A stretch of 58,424 nucleotides of DNA, the filler included, from Platydemus manokwari (Eukaryota), in assembly GCA_037951405.1 (NCBI GenBank). It is 5 parts of 5 records of this genome, joined end to end, with 100 filler letters (N's around TTAATTAATTAA, not from the genome) between each part and the next. Parts side by side here need not be neighbours in the genome. Positions count along the whole stretch, not along the records: positions 48,275 to 58,424 come from JBBMOY011163213.1; 4 more parts are not named here. One strand, given 5' to 3'. Positions within the stretch are counted from its first letter, which is position 1; each line of letters begins with the position of its first letter. Under the pieces are notes generated by a model. It ran no database searches. It was not told where the DNA came from and saw only the letters and a list, made by a program, of their open reading frames with translations. Shown piece by piece: positions 50,753 to 58,424 of the stretch. The translations under genes were made by a program, and so were the position numbers.

Positions 50753-51599
50753 CAATAAATATGTAGGCTCTTTAATTTATAATTAATATGTATGAACTAT
50801 TAATTATACAACAATAATGTGATTTGCACTCTGTTTCACAAAGTAAATTTCGATATCCTGTGAAATGATATTTGAATACAGGAATAAAATTATATATGAT
50901 GAAATCAAATGGACTATTTTTTAAAGATGTTAAATGGGGAAGAAATATATTCATGTTATTAAAATGTACGGATTGTGTAATAATTTAATTATTTGTTTCC
51001 TTTATATTATAAAATATTCTACAATAGCTCGTTATATAATGTTCATCAAATTAATTGATATTTGTACATTAGTTCACATCTCGAATCCATCAGTTTAATG
51101 TTTTTTCCTAAATATAATTATGCACAAAATATATTTTATTGAGTTGAATTTGCTTTTGATTATGGTAATTTCCACAAAATTACAAATTGATGTGAAAAAT
51201 ATAAATATGTTATCATAAACTAAATTAAAAGAATTTGTTGAAGAATAGAGTTTTAAAAATCACTTTGGTTGTTGATATTTTATTGGTTAAATAGTTAAAA
51301 AAATAATTTTTCCTATAAATGTTTACTGTAAGAATATCAATGCTGTGGCCCAAACATCTGGCTACAAAAGTCAGTAATTGAAAAGCAACCCTCTGTACTG
51401 CTTTTTAAAAGAAATTCATCATAATTTAATTGTCGTAGTTATGAATTTATTCCACTCTTTAGTATATATTATATATTGTTTCAGTTATTCTCCCATTTCT
51501 TATTAAAAGGAAAATAATAGCCTTTCTGGCGATAAGTAGTTATAAAAAGACTACTATAAAACATACCTCTTGCAAAAGCCAATTTTTTTCACATAAATC

Positions 51600-54150
51600 T
51601 AAATTTCATTCACTCGTTTTCGCTTGGTCATAAAATTTAATCTTTATCTTCAAGAAATTTGTCCTCGGAATTCTGATGCTAGACAAATCTTATATCTATT
51701 ACCTAAATTTTTATTATTACTAAATAATATAACCCCAATGTTTTGTGTGTTTATCATTATTTTCAATGTATTTTTATCATCAAAAAGGGGAAATAGCATT
51801 TTTTCTTATTCATAATTCTATATTATATGCATGTGTGATGTTAAATCTTTATTAATATATTTACCACCACATTATTATAAAGAACTTTTTAAAAAACTTG
51901 TTCAAAAATATCATTATTTCTTGTTATTTCTTTAATTCTTTTAAAATTGGTTTTATCTGTGATTATGTTGTATAATTCCTATTTTATGAAATAAGCTGAA
52001 ATAATATTTTCACCAGGATTTTCATATTTAAATTGAAAATTTTGATATCCTATAAACATCTCTTATTTTATCTAATACATCAACCAAAGTTTCATTTTCA
52101 TCTAATATTAACTCTATAAACAAAATGTCAGGTTCTGAATAATGTATTTTATATTTCCAAGATAAATATTTTTCCAATTCATTATATACAGAATCATACA
52201 TTACTATCTTTGCATTTTTAAAAAGGTAAATCTTATAAAATTAAATTTACCCAACTTTATGCTTGATTTATTCATATGAACAGCAATGCCATCTTCTGTA
52301 AATATCTTTGATGTCTCATAAGTTATTTTCAAAGTTATTTTGTCATGTTCCCTAGATCTATTGACTTTTTATATATATTGCGTTTTTTAGGATTTTCAAT
52401 TGTTTTTCCACAAAATGAATTATTTATTTAATTTAAACAATTCAATTCCTATATCACCCTTATTATATTTTGCTATATTTCTTTGTTTTAAATTAAATTC
52501 AACATAACTTCTAAACCAACATTTAGTCTTTTGACTTAATTTTCTATGAATCTTTTTTAATATCATTCATTGATCTAAATAGAAATCTAAATTATTTCCC
52601 AGCACGATATATTTATGTTTATTTCCTTGGGTCAACATTAACCTTTCAGAAAAAAATATTATTACCTTTTTAATACTTTCTGATAATAGGATAACATATC
52701 TTTACTTTACATATATTTACTTTCTTTTTATCTGGAGCTAACGGAAAGTATTTTATTTTTTTGTGAATATCATTACATAAACAAATATTTTATAGATTTT
52801 GAAAATTCCATTTTCATCAAACAGATTATTAAATTTTTCTATACTTTCATTAATTAAATCTTTACATCACTCTATGTCTTCATAAAATAAAGGTAAATGA
52901 TTACAACTTGAACACAAAGCATTCGCATCTAAATATTTTAAATGTGTTTCATTGAAAATATTTCCTGGTATTGTTTCTTCTCATTTAATTCTTTTGCTTT
53001 AATTTGATCTAATATTTTATAATTTACAAATCCTTCATTTGAATCTTTATTATTGAAATAAACAAATTTATCTCCAGTTATTCCAAAAAATCCTCCTCCC
53101 ACTTCTTTTTCAAAGAATAATTATTTATCACAGTTGTCTTCTATTTTGTTTTAATTCCAGAATATTTATTCATGCTTCCCAAGTTAAACTTCGTGCTGAA
53201 TAACCATAACAAGGATCAATCTGATAATATTTTAAACAATCATTTATCATATTTTCTAAATATTCCTTCAATATTTAAACGTCTTATTTCATATAATACA
53301 TCATCATCATTTGAATATAATTTAGTTTATCTAATAGGTATTCTTTTCTAGTTATTTCTCTTCTTTTTAATCTATCATAAAACCTAAATTTACTTGGAAA
53401 TTTAGCATCATTTAGTATTCTGTCAATATCATTAAAATTATTTGCTTTGGTGTGAAAATTTACATTTTAGGGTTTACATTAAATTCGTTTAATATTCTAC
53501 ATTTAGTCAAATCTTTATTTAATATAACCCCCATTTTATCAATTGATATTCCATTTTCCACTAATCTTAAGGAATCTAAAAATCTAATATTTTTATGATG
53601 AAAAGAAATATATTTTTCATCAGTATTAGCAATTATTTTGTTAATATTATATTGCAGGTTAATTTTTATAATATTATTGAAAAATAGATGAAAGTCAAAT
53701 TTACCTCCATTATGAAATCAATATGGTATAGAGAAATTTCGTATTGATTTCTCATTTTAAATTACAATTATTGTGTTCTGTCAATTATATTAGGCTGTGC
53801 AATCAAAACACTCACATTTTTTATTATGATGAATTATGTATAATATAAAATTTTCTTTTTATACAAACAAGATTATATCAAATTATTTTAACTCAAACTA
53901 GATTTTATGATAACAAATTGGTGAAGTAATCTGACTTTGAACCTGAGAACGTATTCTTAAATGTCCTTTGATTTAGAATATATAGTTTATCATATAGTTC
54001 CAAAGCAAATATTCTTAATCGAATTTTTAAAAGTGAATTGTGATGGAAATCCACCAGCTTATATAGGTGCAGATATTCAATAACTTTTACCTAGAATTTT
54101 CCTTAATTTTTTAAATTTTAATCATTTTCTGCTACTGTGTCCCTTTCATT
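51600..54150 (-). pseudogene. Protein-primed family B DNA polymerase (Polinton/adintovirus type) pseudogene
   Basis: In order on the minus strand: HNNCNLK (EndoVII-like), FHNGGKFDFHL, IRFLDSLRL, DPCYGYSARSLTWEA, VGGGFFG, KYLDANAL (motif A), ELFKL..NSFCGKTIENPKKR (motif B), HYSEPDILF (motif C remnant); many frameshifts and stops. Confidence 0.88.
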
Positions 54151-55849
54151 TTTGTACCTTAACCAAAAATTTATTAATTTGATTGATATTACAAATTTTA
54201 CTAAATAATTTGTCAACCTTTAAAATTTTTAATTAAAATCCTTTTTATTCTTTACATATTTCCTGACTATAATTGTTTGACTTATAAATAATATATATAT
54301 ATTATTGAAATATTTAACAATATCAATAAAAATAATCAATTTATTAAAATAAAAACAATCAGATATTTACAGATTCAATTCCATAAAAATTATAATCAAA
54401 GAGTTTAAATTAAAGTTTGATTATCAAAGATACATAAAAGTTAGAGTAGATTATCCTCAAGGCTTGAATATTTCTCTGGTTGTTGAATGAATGGATAATT
54501 TGGATTTTCGAATATGTGGAGAACCAATCGGGCCATTTCGACTCAACGAAATTATAAAACAGCTAGAAATATTAATATAATTTTTTTAAAGTAGAACAAA
54601 ACTATTCGTAAAATTTTTATTTTGCTTTATCACATTAAAATGAATCAAAACCATGGTTAGTAGAAAATAGTACTACAATCTAAAATAGAACTCGCAATGT
54701 ATGAAAAGTCAAAATAACAAAAGTTACTAAAAATAGCCACTCAAACGACAAATAGTAATATGTGTTGTACATATCCCAAAATTAGTAACATATACTACTA
54801 AGGATGAAATGTTACCAAAAATAACAACAAGGTGCATGAATCATACTAACATACCAAAACAGTATATAAGCTTGCATCAACAATCATTTTTCGCATAATA
54901 TTGACAAGCACAAAGTTGATTACCCGTATTGGTGAAAAGCTAAATTTTGTTAATATAAGTCAAACTATACAGTTTTGGTTCAAAAACATTTCTACCCATC
55001 CGTTTGCATTCAGAAGACATTTTGTTTTATTGTTATTATTATTCCAGAACCAAAATAAGTAAATTTTTTATTGTAATTAAACTCGACCCACGACTAATTT
55101 TATCCTCGTGGTCCTTTAAAATTATTAAGCACACTTTACTGGTTTCCCACTTTCTTTTTTTTAGAGAGGCTTGCATGGCTACCTAAGCGGGATATACTTT
55201 TACTAAAAAGTACTCTTACTTATACGATACATAATAATAGTCTATAGACTATAATTGAATTTATCTTGAAGAATTTTAAAATCATTTGCTTATTAATCAA
55301 ATATATTCTACTGTGTTATTTTATTTGTTTTTATTATTTAAATTTTAAATATTATTTTTATTATAACAGAGCGACAACGCAACAACGCCCATATGTGTCT
55401 GGAGCCCAGATAAGTTAGAGATTATAAAGTGATAATTATTATAAAACCTTCTGATTATATTTTAAGTGTTGATCAATAACTTTTTACAAATCGTTCATTT
55501 ATAATTTGACTTCCATCGAAATTCTATCTTTATTAAACACCTACAATCTTTAACAAATAGCAGTATCAGTAGAATTCAAACTGACCACCAGACATCCAGG
55601 TCCACACTCTAGTTTCTTATACCTCATGACTTTCATTTCGGGTTTGGTTTAATTGGTGCGGTCGACTTTTTAAACTCATTTTGGACTGTGGATGTTTGAG
55701 GTAGCAATGTGGGCTATAATGTGAATCTCTTTTTAACTAGACTATCTCTCCCATTCACCATACGAGCTGATTGTAATGGAATCTTTATCTTCTTAGCTCT
55801 CCTCACTATTTGAGAAGAGCACCATACGATTAATGGTTCCCCATCACAA

Positions 55850-56400
55850 TTATTACATGATATTTTCCATTGAAATGATCACGGTTTCTTAATTTACAGG
55901 CAGGATCTGTAAATTCTTTATTAGAATAATGACAATTTATTGATTCTCGAAATTTTTTTCATCTTAATCTGTCATTATCATATTACTTCTTCCATTTTCA
56001 TTTAATAGTTGAACTTGAAATCTTATATTTGATAAATATTTTTCAATTTTATCAATTAATTTAATGAATTAATCAATTACATTACATCCATATAATTCAA
56101 TGTATTTCGATTTATATAAATATTCATAATTACTCTTCATATAAATTTCTATCGATAATGGTTTTTCTCAAACATATAATCTGTGCTAAGCATTGCTGTA
56201 ATGCAAACGAAGTTGGATTGTCATCGTTGGAGACCAAATTATTTACAGGAACATTTTAAGTTTCAAAATCAGCATAAATAACAAATGGAATTTTATGCTT
56301 TTGATAAAACTTTTTATAACATAGATGTTGGGGTTCCGAGAAAATGACTCCCGAAAACATTTGCATGATATTGATTTTGGTGTATATAAGTATCATTTTT
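55850..56400 (-). pseudogene. Second pPolB fragment (ExoI region plus EndoVII-like start)
   Basis: HKIPFVIYADFET (~56260-56300) and RNRDHFNGKY (~55860-55890). Confidence 0.7.
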
Positions 56401-56749
56401 TATGGATATTGTAAATAATTCTGATGTGCAAATATTATCTTATTTTTTATCTTCTTTATTCTTTGAAGCAGAATAAAACCCTTAACAAATTAATTTAGAA
56501 TTTTTGGTTGTTAAATAATAATAATATTTAGTTAGAATTAAAAATAGGAAATAGTTAAGAAAATCTTTATCGCAAATTAGAATATTAAATATTTTAGTTA
56601 AAATATTAAGTATTTTGATTAATGATAATAATAGTAGTTAATTCTTTTATCATATTTTTATATGATAATTATTTAGGATAAAAATTTTAGTTAATTTTGG
56701 TTAAAATTTAGATAAAATGAAAATAAGTTAATTATTTTCATTTTCTGCC

Positions 56750-57560
56750 CAACGACTAAAAAATCTAATCTTTAAAATCCCTATTCTTTCGAAAATCACC
56801 CGTATATTAAAATTATACCCAACAATAAAAATCATCACGGGAACTAAGGCAGAGAGAAAATTCTTTTGAATTGTGAGAATTCGTCACAATAAAGAATAAA
56901 AGCCACCCGCATATTTTATTTAGCTCGAATAAAATCCCATTGTCCACGAAAACATATATAAGGCTGTAAAACATCATATGCCTTCGACCCGCCTGTTACA
57001 TAACAAGCCCCAGTTCCTGGTTGGAAACCACTTGAACATTACGTGAAGTTAAGAAGATCATTTTGCCGTCGACGCCGCCAATCTCTCTGCAGCCGTTGTA
57101 CCAGTTTATGCCCTATAATTTTATAGGTAAAGTATTAAATAATGCTATCAATCCGAAGACGAGATCACGTAAGAATAGTTACTGTAAAATCAATATATCC
57201 TTATTTATCTTGCATATTCTTCCTATTTATCGAGCCGAGCTCGGAAAAACCTCTGAAGAAACGGACACCTAATAGCACGAAGGGTAACTGTTTTGTCCAA
57301 CATCTGCTTCCATTGAATTTGCACGCCGAGTTAGTCCAGCGTTCGTGTGTATAAAAGTAGCATAAAAATCCATTGTATATTGTATTCATTGTAATAATTG
57401 CAAAGTAAAAGTAGTAATTTATAGTCCCATAATTTTATAAAAGTAGTGATTAGTGTATAATTGTAATCATAATAAAAATTCATAACCCAAAATCGAGTTG
57501 ACTTGTTGAATTGTTAGTTGATATAAGGTATCATAAATTCATATAGTTATACATCAGTAT
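56750..57560 (+). mobile_element. Probable LTR followed by a degenerate PBS
   Basis: TATA catatataagg at ~56953, GC-richer non-coding body, aataaa, end ...gttatACA (57553-57554) followed by tcagtatca, resembling the TGGTATCA iMet PBS. Confidence 0.4.
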
Positions 57561-58424
57561 CATTCATCACCGATTTGGGAAATATTTTGTTGAAAGAATA
57601 AAATAGAGACTGATAAAACGAGTGAGGAAAGTAGTATCAAAATCAGAACGATAAAGTTAAAATTCAAATGTCGATTTCTACGCCAATCCACTTATCGTCA
57701 TATAAGAAGTGATGGTCGAGGCGAAACAAATAATCAATAATAATAAAGTTTCACTGCTACCTGAGTGTCAATAACGGACTCAGAGCACTGATTAAGTCGT
57801 AGAATTCGATCAATCAATTAAAACAAACAAATAATAATAACAAGAAAAGAGAGTGACCCCAAAACGCATCATAGATATTCCACTTCTTTAGATTTTGGTT
57901 TAACAGGCACATGACTTTGACATTAATCGATATGAATTTTATATCCAGTTTCAGAGCTAAATTTATTTAAATATTTTAAATACATAAATTGTACATAATT
58001 TCTACGTTCATTTCCAAACATATTCATATTTTTACACAGTGCATAATGATTTTTAAATAATAATAAATTACATTCATTTGGATAATAGTGACGACTTAGT
58101 ATTCAAAGCTTATACATATCCATAATTATTATATAAATATATCAATAAAAATATATTATGATAATCAAATATTTGACAGTAAGTCTAAGGATTAGTTAAG
58201 TGTTATACTTCGTTTGTCTCGGATTCCTGAATGCAGCTGATTTTCCTTAAAGAGTGCTGTGAGGATTTATTAAAATAATTAAAAATAATAACTGTAAAAC
58301 ATTTTAAAATTTAATAGTTTTATAAAATGTTTTTAAAAGTTTTGAAAATATTTTTATAATGTTATTTTTAAAAAAAAATGTTATAATTAAAATTTTAATA
58401 TAATTAATTAAAATTTTAAAATAA

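Noticed and set aside
57063-57389. Three overlapping short ORFs
   Set aside because: They lie within a probable LTR, have no motifs and are likely chance ORFs in GC-richer DNA.
1-58424. tRNA, rRNA or snRNA genes
   Set aside because: No recognisable T-loop/cloverleaf, rRNA or U snRNA signatures seen by eye; an Infernal/tRNAscan run would be needed to exclude them.

Overview
AT-rich eukaryotic (animal-like) genomic scaffold with very short GT-AG introns (about 33-60 nt) and four assembly gaps carrying a TTAATTAATTAA linker. The compact intron style resembles reduced parasitic metazoans such as orthonectids (inference only). Host genes that can be supported: a secreted F-type lectin, a BRD7/9-like bromodomain gene, a five-finger C2H2 gene, TFIIS, a stand-alone WRN-type exonuclease, a single-C2H2 gene with an ATG-only first coding exon, an atypical Ser/Thr kinase, a class-A-like GPCR and a truncated unknown gene. 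Much of the rest is decayed mobile DNA: Ty3/gypsy pieces and LTRs, mariner, Merlin/IS1595, two MITEs and several protein-primed DNA polymerase B (Polinton/adintovirus-like) remnants. The most notable structure is a repeated unit, present twice, in which a ~100-bp AGTAGT...ACTACT fold-back palindrome sits about 200 bp upstream of a zinc-finger ORF; in one copy that ORF continues into pPolB N-terminal motifs. This suggests a Polinton-like element with hairpin termini.
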